A stretch of 63,326 nt of DNA, filler included, from Octopus bimaculoides (GCF_001194135.2; 4 parts of 4 records of this genome joined end to end with filler, not necessarily neighbours in it), one strand, 5' to 3'. Counted from the first letter of the whole stretch, positions 1 to 9,511 are shown. Notes: generated from the sequence alone by a model not told the origin. Numbers and translations: made by a program.

Positions 1-229
1 TGAACATGTTATTATCTCGGAAGAATTTAACACGCTTTTCATACCTTGCTATGCGGGCAGCTTTAGCACATACCTTTTGCTTGATGGTTTCTATGGTGGC
101 ATCAATGTCAACTATGGTTTTCATGTTATATTTTTTCTTTAGTTTTTGGGTCTTTGTAGGTGATTTTTTCTTTAGTTTTTGGGTCTTTGTAGGTTTATAT
201 TTTTTCTTTAGTTTTTGGGTCTTTGTAGG

Positions 230-230
<1 letters not shown>
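1..230 (-). mobile_element. 5'-truncated R4/Dong-type non-LTR retrotransposon ORF fragment (region upstream of RT), running off the window edge
   Basis: Minus-strand translation of 161->1 is stop-free: PTKTQKLKKKYNMKTIVDIDATIETIKQKVCAKAARIARYEKRVKFFRDNNMF. This resembles the KQK..AKA.RI.RYEKR..F..N..F segment of R4/Dong ORFs. Its 5' junction abuts (TAA)n, the known Dong target. Confidence 0.75.
131..230 (-). repeat. Three tandem copies of a 31-bp unit at the Dong 5' junction
   Basis: TTTTTTCTTTAGTTTTTGGGTCTTTGTAGGT at 131-161, 164-194 and 200-230. Confidence 0.95.

Positions 231-305
<75 letters not shown>
231..305. repeat. (TTA)n microsatellite
   Basis: Direct reading. Confidence 0.98.
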
Positions 306-306
<1 letters not shown>

Positions 307-859
307 TGAGTGACAGAGCAATGCATGCCATCAAAGTGACACTGGAGTAAAATATACGAAGCCCAGTATACCCATCATGACTACCGATCTGATAAGGGTA
401 CACCGGGCACATGCATTACAACCAAGTGTGCGGACATGGTGATGTCATATCAAGATAAATAGTGCATGACTTTGCAGGTGGGGCCCAATTAGAATATTTT
501 TCAGGTCAAGTAGCCCTTCCTGCTCAAAAGGTCCCTGAATAAGGGTTATTTAAGGATGTTGATCAAAACGCCTATGTTTCCAGAGGTGTATTATCCAAAC
601 TCCAAAGAATTCCTCTCAACACATGGCTATGATGCTCCCCCACTACTTCTGCTCATGATAAGAGATGCACATATCATCAGCCACCAAGGGACATGCTCAA
701 CTGGTTGAGGTCAAACAACTGACAAGAAAATTTGTGGTATTGAGCAGAATATTTGCTGTAGCCCATCTTTTATACCAAGACAAAACAATGCACATGACAT
801 TTCCAATCAATTATGATCAGAAGCCATGAGAGCCACTGCTTGATACTGTATCAGGACAT
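306..859 (-). mobile_element. ~550-bp non-coding interspersed element flanked on both sides by (TAA)n
   Basis: Complex, more GC-rich sequence with no long ORF, bounded by TTA arrays at 231-305 and 860-920. Strand inferred from TAA polarity shared with the adjacent Dong fragment. Confidence 0.55.
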
Positions 860-888
860 TTTATTATTATTATTATTATTATCATTAC

Positions 889-922
<34 letters not shown>

Positions 923-924
923 CT

Positions 925-1097
925 AAAGTGATGAGCTGGCAGAATTGTTAGCATACTGGGCGAAATGCTTGGTGGTGTTTCGTCTGTTGCTACGTTCTGA
1001 GTTCAAATTCTGTCAAGGTCGACTTTGCCTTTCATCCTTTCAGGGTCAATAAATTAAGCACCAGTTGTGTACTGGGGTCGATCTAATTTCAGGCCTG
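925..1097 (+). mobile_element. SINE-A copy (tRNA-derived)
   Basis: Head GAGCTGGCAGAA..GTTAGCA, B-box-like GAGTTCAAATTC, body GTCGACTTTGCCTTTCATCCTTTC shared with many copies in the window. Confidence 0.85.
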
Positions 1098-2930
1098 CTG
1101 AGGGCGAGTTTGCCTTTAAATGCTTACCACATTGATCTTGAGTCTACTCAGGCACTACAAGAGTCAACAATGTGGAACATTATCATTGGCTTTCTTGTAA
1201 TCTATCCAGTCAAAAGCTAGGTTCTTTTTCATTCATACCTCACTTAACATCATCCTATCACTATACAGCAGATCAGAAGTTCTTACAATTTCTTTCTGCA
1301 TCTTTTTCCTCCTCTGATAATTGATTCTTCTTCTGCAGAAAAGCTATGCAATTCATCTCCTACGAGGCCAGTTAACAATTTTCAGAGTGTAATGGTAAGC
1401 ATGTAAAAGGCCTATAATTACTGACTTTGCTTCTCTTTTTGTTGCCCTTCTGTATTAGTATCGTCTTTCCTTTTCTTATCCATGTTGCCATTTCTGTTTT
1501 CTATACAGTCAGTAGGAAATGGTTGTATATAGCTATGCATGCCTGAGAGATTTTTTAGTCAGAATCCCAAAACACAATTTGGTCAATGCTTTCCAGTTTG
1601 TTATTTTCTTTCGCATCTTTCCCACATTTTCATCTTTAATATTGATATTCTCTCAAGATGGTGAGCTGGTGGAACTTTTAGCACATCAGGCAAAATACTT
1701 AGTGATATTTCATCCCTCTTTAGATTCTGATTTCAAACTCTACCAAGGTCGGTTTTACTTTTCATCCTTTCAGAGTCAATAAAAATAAGTACCAGCTGAA
1801 CACTGGGGTCAATATAATCAATTTACCTGCTCCCCCGAAATCCCAATTTTTGCCTTGTGACAAAATTTGAAATCTATTTTTATATTCTCTTGCTTTGGTT
1901 CATTTTCCATTCCATTTTTAAATTTCGGTAACCAATCAACTTCCTTGTTATATTGAACTTGTTTTGTTCCAAATATCTGACCAAAAGTTCCTTGCCGCTT
2001 CAGCATTTGGCATATCAGTTCCTTGATATTCCTTCTCATTTTTCAACTGTCGGTAAAATTTCCTTTCATTGTTTCTCAAGACTTTGTTCTGCTGATATTG
2101 GTTTATTCTCTGTTGGTTTTTAGTTATCTTACCTTGTATTGTCTTAATTTTTCATCTTACTTCTTTGTTAGTTACCTGTAATAATCTGTTGCTAATGTAA
2201 TTCTTTTGGAGCTCGTTTTTGTTTGTTTCCTTTACCAACTTCTTTACAATCATTGCATTTATCCTTCCCCCATCAGTACTGAGCCATTCAATTTGATCCT
2301 CAAGTCTTCCTTTCCACCATAGTTATTTGTCTTCTGCTTTTCTTTAACTTTTAACACCAAGAATATTTACAGCAGCAGACACTTCATAGTACATAAAGTC
2401 ATTTAGATCTGTCTTATTTTCAAAATAGATTTTCATTAACAGCTCATCCAGCTTTCTTGCTACTTTGCATAGATTTTCATTTAATTCCTTTCAAAGTTGC
2501 TGCTCTCTTTCTTTCACTCGTTTAAATCTTATTTAGCTGTTGTAGTAAGCTCCTTTTCTTCTCTGTAAAATCCTTTCCTATCACAAAGAAAAATTAATTT
2601 TCATCCTTATTTCTCCAATGATTAATGGTTGGACTCTCTGCTATATTTTTGGGTTTCCTCCTCTTTAACATAACCATGTTTTTCAATTTTTTTCTGTTTT
2701 GAAGGTGTCATCCAGCTCCAACATGGATAGCCACTCTCTTTTTACAGCTCAATGTTTTCTGCTCTAGAAGTCCCTGTTCTGTGAAAGGGAACATGCCTTT
2801 CATTATCCATATTTTACACGTCCTTTTTCTTTGGCAGACTCACTTCTGTAGAAACATTCCATCACAGTCTTATTGTCATTTTGCTATCATTTTCTCCTAA
2901 TCTTCATAGCAGTAGATAAACTGACCAGGC
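1098..2930 (-). mobile_element. Decayed R4/Dong-type retrotransposon, ORF N-terminus to RT N-terminal domains, interrupted by a SINE
   Basis: Frameshifted minus-strand peptides include NDNKTVMECFYRSE (~2890), RINQYQQNKVLRNNERKFYRQL (~2050-2110), QYNKEVDWLPKFKNGMENEPKQENI (ORF track 1818-2039), WIRKGKTILIQKG and SNYRPFTCLP (~1390-1480), and WIDYKKANDNVPH (~1160-1190). These match the order of motifs in R4/Dong ORFs. Confidence 0.8.
1655..1874 (+). mobile_element. SINE-A copy inserted in the Dong relic
   Basis: SINE-A head to tail; ATATTCTCT on both sides, consistent with a decayed TSD. Confidence 0.8.
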
Positions 2931-3012
2931 CCACCTTGTTGCCTAGTGGAACACTTACCATATTAGAGACCTTTAATGCAGTTGTGATAATACTTTTTCT
3001 ATGGCATTACAT

Positions 3013-3337
3013 TGTGGTTCAGTGATTAGAGCATCAGGCTCACAATCATGAGGTAGTGAGTTCGATTCCCAAACCAGGCTGTGTGTTGTGTTCTTGAGCA
3101 AGACATTTTATTTCATGTTGTTTCACTTCACTCAGCTGTAGAAAGTAGTTGGGATGTCACTGGTGCCGAGCTGTATTGGCCCCTTTGCCTTCCTTTGGAT
3201 AACATCAGTGGCATGGAGTGGGGAGACTGTTTCACATGGGTGACTGCTGGGCTTCCATAAACAACCTTGCCTGGACTTGTGCCTCAGAGGGCAACTTTCC
3301 AAGTGCAATCTCATAGTCATTCATGACTGAAGGGGAT
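3013..3337 (+). mobile_element. SINE-D copy (tRNA head, CORE-like middle, 3' hairpin)
   Basis: A-box-like GTGGTTCAGTGATTAGAGC, B box GTTCGATTCC, TTGAGCAAGACA core-like block; homologous to 41203-41525 (-) and 6860-6965. Confidence 0.8.
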
Positions 3338-3344
3338 TTTTATA

Positions 3345-3812
3345 TTCATTGAGAAAACTGAAAGCTGAAGCGTTAAGGTGTCACAACCATAATTGTTGTG
3401 ACAATTTATTGAGACACTTTCTGGTTCAGATGTTTTCAAGATGGCTGTCGATATTGACGAACGTTCTGGGAGACCTGCAGCCAGCAGAACTGAGAAAAAC
3501 ATCACAGATGCGTGTGCAGCAGTGAGGGGAAATTGTCGAATCACCATCTGTGAGCTGTTGTGAAGATTAGTTTCAGTTCAGTTCAGTCCATTATCCCTGA
3601 AGATTTGGGTATGAGGTGCCTGTCTGCCAAGTTTGTGCTGAAACTGCTTTCAACTGGCCAAAATGACACTTGGGTTTCAGTTGCACAAGATCTCTTTGAT
3701 TGTATCGAGAACGATGTAAACTTTTTGAAAATTTTGCTTAGGCCTCTGAGCAGATATCACCAAGCTTTTGGCAAAAATTGATGCAGATTTTCTGCTCAAC
3801 TTTTTCTGTTGA
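3345..3812 (+). mobile_element. Mariner-type transposase relic with an inverted N-terminal piece
   Basis: Plus strand encodes ERSGRPAASRTEKNI and ISFSSVQSIIPEDLGMRCLSAKFVLKLL (HTH/linker region). 3738-3810 on the minus strand encodes VEQKICINFCQKLG, typical of the mariner N-terminus. Confidence 0.75.
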
Positions 3813-3813
3813 T

Positions 3814-4078
3814 ATGGCGTAGTAGTTAAGAGCACAGGCTACTAACCCCAAGATTCTGAGTTCAATTCCAAACAGTGACCTTAATAATAATGATAATAAT
3901 AATAATAATAATAATAATAATATCAAAAAATACCTTAGGAATGAGAAGCCAGGTTTGAAATTTCCCCAAGACACCTGATGAAGGCTGGAGGGTATATCAG
4001 CTGAAAGGTTGTGTTAAAAACAAAGATGAGGACAAATATCTGTCAAATGTAAATAATGAAAATAATGTAAATAATGTA
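3814..4078 (+). mobile_element. SINE-H: tRNA-derived head, internal (TAA)n, minimal hammerhead ribozyme, AAATAATGT-type tail
   Basis: A box TGGCGTAGTAGTT, anticodon-like loop CTACTAA, B box GAGTTCAATTCC, (TAA)n at ~3882-3921, hammerhead at 3970-4015. A homologous copy lies at 6968-7216 (-). Confidence 0.8.
3970..4015 (+). ncRNA. Minimal type I hammerhead ribozyme motif (stem III mutated in this copy)
   Basis: GACAC (stem I) - CTGATGA (3975-3981) - A - GGCTG..CAGCT (stem II) - GAAAG - GTT - GTGTT (stem I'). The paralog reads GAAACGTT here. Confidence 0.75.
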
Positions 4079-4487
4079 TTGTCGTCATCGTCTTCCTGAT
4101 ATTATCGTCATTGTCATCATTATTGTCACCATCATCATCTTCACTATCATCATCATCTACTTCATCATCATTATCATCATTAGCACATTCATCGTCATCA
4201 TATTCATATTCATCATTGTCATCGTCACTGTCATCATCATGGTCACCATCACCATCCCCATCATCATCGTCGTTGTCATCGTCATCATCATCATATTCTT
4301 CATAGTCGTCGTCATTATCCTCTTCATGGTCACCATCACCATCACCTTCATCCCCATCACCATCTTTATCATCATTATTGTCGTCATTGTCGTCATCATT
4401 ATTGTCATCATCATCATCATCATTATCATCATTGTCGTCGTCATCTTCATTGTCATCATCATCATCATTGTCATCATCATCATCATT
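4079..4487. repeat. Degenerate (ATC/GTC)n trinucleotide array
   Basis: Direct reading; source of the poly-I, poly-S and poly-M pseudo-ORFs. Confidence 0.95.
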
Positions 4488-5269
4488 AAAGATTATCTTA
4501 ATACAAAAACCATCTTTGGATGTCTCCCTCAGTGCCTCCTATTGGTATTTCCTTTATTCTGTTAAACCCAAATTCAAAATCCAAAACTCGACTGGATATG
4601 CCCATGGTCATTAAACTCCCAACTTCTACAGAAAGCATTTAAATTTTAAATAGCACATAAAAGCAGAACAAAATTTCAGAAAGAAAATTGATTTATTTTG
4701 AAATTTTTCTGAAAAGAATTTTATTAATGACTTGTATTTCTGATGTATCTCTATAGCAACCATAAATCAGTCTTTATATAGCTTCTTTTAAATGCAATAT
4801 GTACAATATTTAAATCACACCAACTAATCAGATATCTATATTATAAATATCTGTTTTACTGAGCAGGTTTACATCAAAAATGGATAAAAGTCATTTCTAT
4901 CATGAACTTCACAAATGTATCATTTTAAATAATCAGTGAACAATATGATATATGCTCCTCACTCATACTTTGTCTCTCTCTCTCTCTCTCTCCTCTTTTA
5001 GAATTCTTCCTGACGTGTCTTCAGAGATTTAACAATAACAAATATGGCATTCTATCTCTTATAATAATAGTTTATTTGGAAATAATGAATAGAAGTGCAA
5101 AATTCAGCTATAATAATTTATAGATGTGTAGAAAATCATATATTTATATATATTGCAGTCTTTTATTAATCTTGGCACCAGGCGTTATCAAATATGAACT
5201 GAGAAGTTGAGTATAAATTAAGCACAATTGCTCCTTAATTTTGTACATGCAGTTGTTGATGCTATTGTT

Positions 5270-5470
5270 GTTTAGCTCAGATCACCAGTGATCGAGAAGC
5301 GCTTTAACCAAAGACATTCCAACCATAGCCATCCCACCTTTTATTCAATCAGTGTATTGAAGATAACGTTTTTTAATGTGTGACGTATATTTTTAGAGAC
5401 AGTCAGTTGTGATTTGAGGGGATATTTGGTAGCTATTTCTAGCAGAATGAGTAACCACATAGAGGCTTTC
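5270..5470 (-). mobile_element. Copy of an unclassified interspersed repeat (CTAGAAATAGC..CAAATC.CCCTCAAATCAC motif family)
   Basis: Related motifs recur at ~9060-9110, ~39235-39280, ~42560-42600, ~47340-47400 and ~62265-62290. Confidence 0.55.
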
Positions 5471-5475
5471 TCCTA

Positions 5476-5509
<34 letters not shown>

Positions 5510-5772
5510 ACCAGTGAGCTGGCAGAATCGTTAGCACACTGGAGCAGATGCTTAGCGGCATTTCATCCATCTTCACACTCTGAGTTCAAATTCCACCAAG
5601 GTCGACTTTGATTTTCATCCTTTCAGGGTTGATAAATTAAGTACCAGTGACACACTGGGGTCGATGCAACTGACTAGTCCCTTCCCCCAAAATTTCAGGC
5701 CTTGTGCCTATAGCAGAAAAAATTATTATCATCATTATTATTATTATTATAATTATCATTATCATTGTTATT

Positions 5773-5848
<76 letters not shown>

Positions 5849-6320
5849 TATTATTATTATCATCATTATTATTATTAAGGTGGTGAGCTGGCAGAAATGT
5901 TAGCACACCAAGCGAAATGCTTAGTGGTATTTCATCTGCTGCTACGTTCTGAGTTCAAATTCTGCTGAGGTCGACTTTGTCTTTCATCCTTTCAGGGTCG
6001 ATAAATTAAGTACCAGTTACGCACTGGGGTCGATGTAATCGACTTAATCCGTTTTTCTGTCCTTGTTTGTCTCCTCTATGTTTAGCCCCTTGTGGGCAAT
6101 AAAGAAATAAGAAACGTTAACAGACTGGACAAAATGCTTAGCAGTATTTCATCTGCCTTCTCATTCTGAGTTCAATTTCCACCGAGGTTAACTTTATCTT
6201 TCAAGCTTTCAGGGGTCAATAAATAAAGTACCCGTGACACACTGGGGGGTTGATGTAATTGACTAGTCCCCTCCCCCAAAATTTCAGGCCTTGTACCTTA
6301 GTAGAAAGGATCATTATTAT
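5510..6320 (+). mobile_element. Head-to-tail SINE-A array: one copy, a long (TTA)n, then a composite copy
   Basis: Units at 5510-5720, 5877-6112 (alternative tail ..GTTTAGCCCCTTGTGGGCAATAAAGAAATAAG) and 6113-6320; (TTA)n at 5722-5876. Confidence 0.85.
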
Positions 6321-6859
6321 TGTTGTTATTGCTGTTTTTAATGTTAATTAATATGGTGAGCTCTAAATAATCTGACTTAGGAACTGAAAGAAAATAATCA
6401 CTTTATCACTGCTATTTAGTGTTCAACTATATACTTGTTAGATGAGGCTACATTTGTCATTACATAGCTCAGGTAGAATTTGACAGGTTCAAAGAAACAC
6501 TCCTGCAGTTTAATGTATATAAGATTATTACCAAAGATTTATTTTAATTCTGTTTGTCACAAATTAAACAGCAAACAGTGGGAATCCATTGTCATAGCTG
6601 AGCAACTCCTCTGCTGAAATCATTGTTATACTGATGATTTGGATCATGTTATATATGTATATTCTTCACATGTGATGAAAGGTTCTGGTAAATGTTGAGA
6701 AGGTAAACATAATCAAGGCTTGCTAGTCTCGCTTCCTTGAAATACATGTAGTTATGCAGGGATGGATGGATGGATGGATGGATGGATGGTTGAAGGCTGG
6801 GAGGGATGTAGAGAGGGATGGAAGATGCATGTATGTATGTACATATGAATCTATGTGTG

Positions 6860-6965
6860 AAGGCACATGGCTTAGTGGTTAGGGTATTCAAGCTCATGAT
6901 CGTCAAGTCATGAGTTCAATTACCAGCAGTGTGTTGTGTTTTTGAGTGAGACACTTTATTTCATA
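6860..6965 (+). mobile_element. SINE-D 5' fragment
   Basis: TGGCTTAGTGGTTAGGG head and GTGTTGTGTTTTTGAGTGAGACACTTTATTTCA, homologous to 3013-3120. Confidence 0.65.
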
Positions 6966-6967
6966 AT

Positions 6968-7140
6968 AAAGTTCTATATTTAAGAGATGAGGAATTATGT
7001 ACATTATTTACATTTGACGGATATTTGTCCTCATCTTGTTTGTTGTTAACACAACGTTTCAGCTGATATACCCTCTGGCCTTCATCAGGTGTCTTGGAGA
7101 AATTTCGAACCTGGGTTGTCATTCCTAAGGTATTTTTCAA

Positions 7141-7174
<34 letters not shown>

Positions 7175-7216
7175 ATCACTGCCTGGAACCGAACTTGGAA
7201 TCTTGGGGTTAGTAGC
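6968..7216 (-). mobile_element. SINE-H second copy (5' end lost in N gap)
   Basis: Reverse complement aligns with 3840-4060 throughout, including the internal (TAA)n. Confidence 0.85.
7048..7093 (-). ncRNA. Minimal type I hammerhead ribozyme motif, core intact, stem II weakened
   Basis: Reverse complement reads GACAC CTGATGA A GGCCAGAGGGTATATCAGCT GAA ACGT T GTGTT. Stem I has 5 bp, stem III is the palindrome ACGU, and the cleavage triplet is GUU. Confidence 0.8.
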
Positions 7217-7595
7217 NNNNNNNNNNNNNNNNNNNNNNNNNNNNNNNNNNNNNNNNNNNNNNNNNNNNNNNNNNNNNNNNNNNNNNNNNNNNNNNNNNNN
7301 NNNNNNNNNNNNNNNNNNNNNNNNNNNNNNNNNNNNNNNNNNNNNNNNNNNNNNNNNNNNNNNNNNNNNNNNNNNNNNNNNNNNNNNNNNNNNNNNNNNN
7401 NNNNNNNNNNNNNNNNNNNNNNNNNNNNNNNNNNNNNNNNNNNNNNNNNNNNNNNNNNNNNNNNNNNNNNNNNNNNNNNNNNNNNNNNNNNNNNNNNNNN
7501 NNNNNNNNNNNNNNNNNNNNNNNNNNNNNNNNNNNNNNNNNNNNNNNNNNNNNNNNNNNNNNNNNNNNNNNNNNNNNNNNNNNNNNNNNNNNNNN

Positions 7596-7659
<64 letters not shown>

Positions 7660-7663
<4 letters not shown>

Positions 7664-7862
7664 TCTATGTTTGGTCCTACCACCATCACTTGACAACCAA
7701 TGCCAGTGTGTTTACGTCCCTGTAACTTAGTGGTTTGGCAAAAGAGACCGATAGAATAAGTACTAGGCTTACAAAGAATAAGTCCTGGGGTCGATTTGCT
7801 CGACAAAAGGCAGTGTTCCAGCATGGCTGCAGTCAAATGACTGAAACAAGCAAAAGAAAAGA
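7660..7862 (+). mobile_element. SINE-B 3' half
   Basis: CACTTGACAACC..TTTACGTCCC.GTAACTTAG..AAGTACTAGGCTTACAAAGAATAAGTCCTGGGGTCGAT, shared with 9512-9906. Confidence 0.85.
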
Positions 7863-8019
7863 ATGTCTGTGGGGGACTCAGCCACTTGCACATTAATTCT
7901 ATGAACTGGCAGTTCCACTGAGCAAATCAACTGGAACCCTCATCATCATAGGGTTCCAGTTGATCTGATTTGGGAAGCAAATGTCCTAACTACACATCTA
8001 TGTCTATGCTGATATATAT

Positions 8020-8182
8020 TCCTTTACTGGAGCACCGCCTTTAGTCAAAGAACTCGACCCCAGGACTTATTCTTTGTAAGCCTAATACTTATCCTATCAG
8101 TCTCTTTTGCCAAAAACACACCAACATTGGTTGTCAAGCGATGGTGGGGGGGGAACAAACGCACACACACACACAAATATAC

Positions 8183-8221
<39 letters not shown>

Positions 8222-8378
8222 TGACAGGTTTCTTTCAGTTTCCGTCTACCAAATCCACTCACAAGGCTTTGGTTGGCCCGAGGCTAGAATAGAAGACACT
8301 TGCCCAAGGTGTCACACAGTGGGACTGAACCCAAAACCATGTGGTTGGGAAGCAAGCTTCTTACCACACAACTGTGCC
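8020..8378 (-). mobile_element. SINE-B copy
   Basis: Reverse complement of the SINE-B head-core-tail, with internal (CA)/(TA) tract. Confidence 0.85.
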
Positions 8379-8436
8379 TATATATATACATATATATACA
8401 AACATATGTGTATATACATATGTAACAGAGGGTATA

Positions 8437-8950
8437 ATTATAAACAGCAAATTTTTTAGCCATTTCTCTGCAGACTGAAAAAAGAAAATGACAAACAACC
8501 TTAATTGATTTTTAAACCGAATTGGGTTCTCATCAGCACTGTCTAAATCATTCTGCTAGTCTCCAGAGAAACAAGGAGCCAAACAGTTTATATACTCAAC
8601 AAATGCAACAGTTACTCTATGAAGGACCTAATTTGCATACTGAAAGTGTTTAAAACTTTATAAATACCAGCAGCCTGTCAATGGGGATCTTAGTCCACAC
8701 AGTATCAAGGTATGATATAATAAATATGTAACACATAATATAATTATAAAAAGGGAAATTTTTTTAGATATTTCTCCGAAGACTGAAAAAATGATGAACA
8801 ACTTCAATCGGTTTTTGAACCTTATTGGGTTCTTATCAGAGGTGCCTACATTATTCTGACAGTCTCCAGAGAAACAAGGAGCCAAAGTGTTTGTATACCC
8901 AACAAATGCAGCAGTTACTCTATATATAAGCACAGAATTTGAGATTTGCA
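8437..8950. repeat. Two diverged tandem copies of a ~200-bp repeat; third copy at 29968-30110
   Basis: Shared blocks GGGTTCT.ATCAG, AGTCTCCAGAGAAACAAGGAGCCAAA and CAACAAATGCA.CAGTTACTCTAT at ~8437-8650 and ~8745-8950. Confidence 0.85.
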
Positions 8951-9511
8951 TGGCAAACATTAGAGTCATAGGATGATGAAGATCTGCAGTGTTTCACTCT
9001 GAATTCGGTCAAAGGTATCAAACTCTCCCCAAAAGAAAGCATCAACGTGTTCCTTCAACACTCTGGCAACAACAGCCAAATTTTCCTCAAATCACATCCT
9101 ACTCTCATCTAAAATGCAAAAATAAAAAATGTTGTATAAATAAAAAAAATAAAAAAACCCAGCGTAGATGAGAAGACTGGCATTGATCGTAGGTCTTGCT
9201 TGATCAATCAAGTCTGGCTGGAGGCTAAACAAAAGCTACGCTACATCACATGTATTCTTTATTTTTTTGACCAAGCTAGCAATTAAAGCAATTTTGATAA
9301 ACATTAAAAGACATAAAATAACTACTCTCTAATTAATTTATAAAGTGTTTTGTCTTGTTTTAATTCATTTTGCTTTTATATTTTTTAGTTTGGAGTAAAA
9401 ATACTGAAGATAATATGTATTTTGCAAGACTGCTGCACACATACTTAATGGCATTTCAAATAGCATTTTATAAGGAAAAAATGAAAAAGACTATCTTATA
9501 AACTATGGAGG

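Noticed and set aside
780-859. HDV-like ribozyme at the 5' end of the 550-bp element
   Set aside because: I could not assign P1, P3/L3 and P1.1 by eye; left as a test in the findings.
3285-3337. Twister ribozyme in the SINE-D tail (GG.AACTTTC..GTGCAATC..GAAGGG)
   Set aside because: Superficial similarity only; the loop 4 consensus and pseudoknots could not be built, and a plain hairpin explains it.
3814-3880. tRNA gene calls for SINE heads (also 9512, 54299, 3013)
   Set aside because: A and B boxes are present but there is no complete acceptor stem, and each runs into a repeat body; these are SINE heads.
4074-4614. 163-aa hydrophobic ORF and overlapping poly-Ser and poly-Met ORFs
   Set aside because: Translations of an (ATC)n array that is open in several frames at once; no coding signal.
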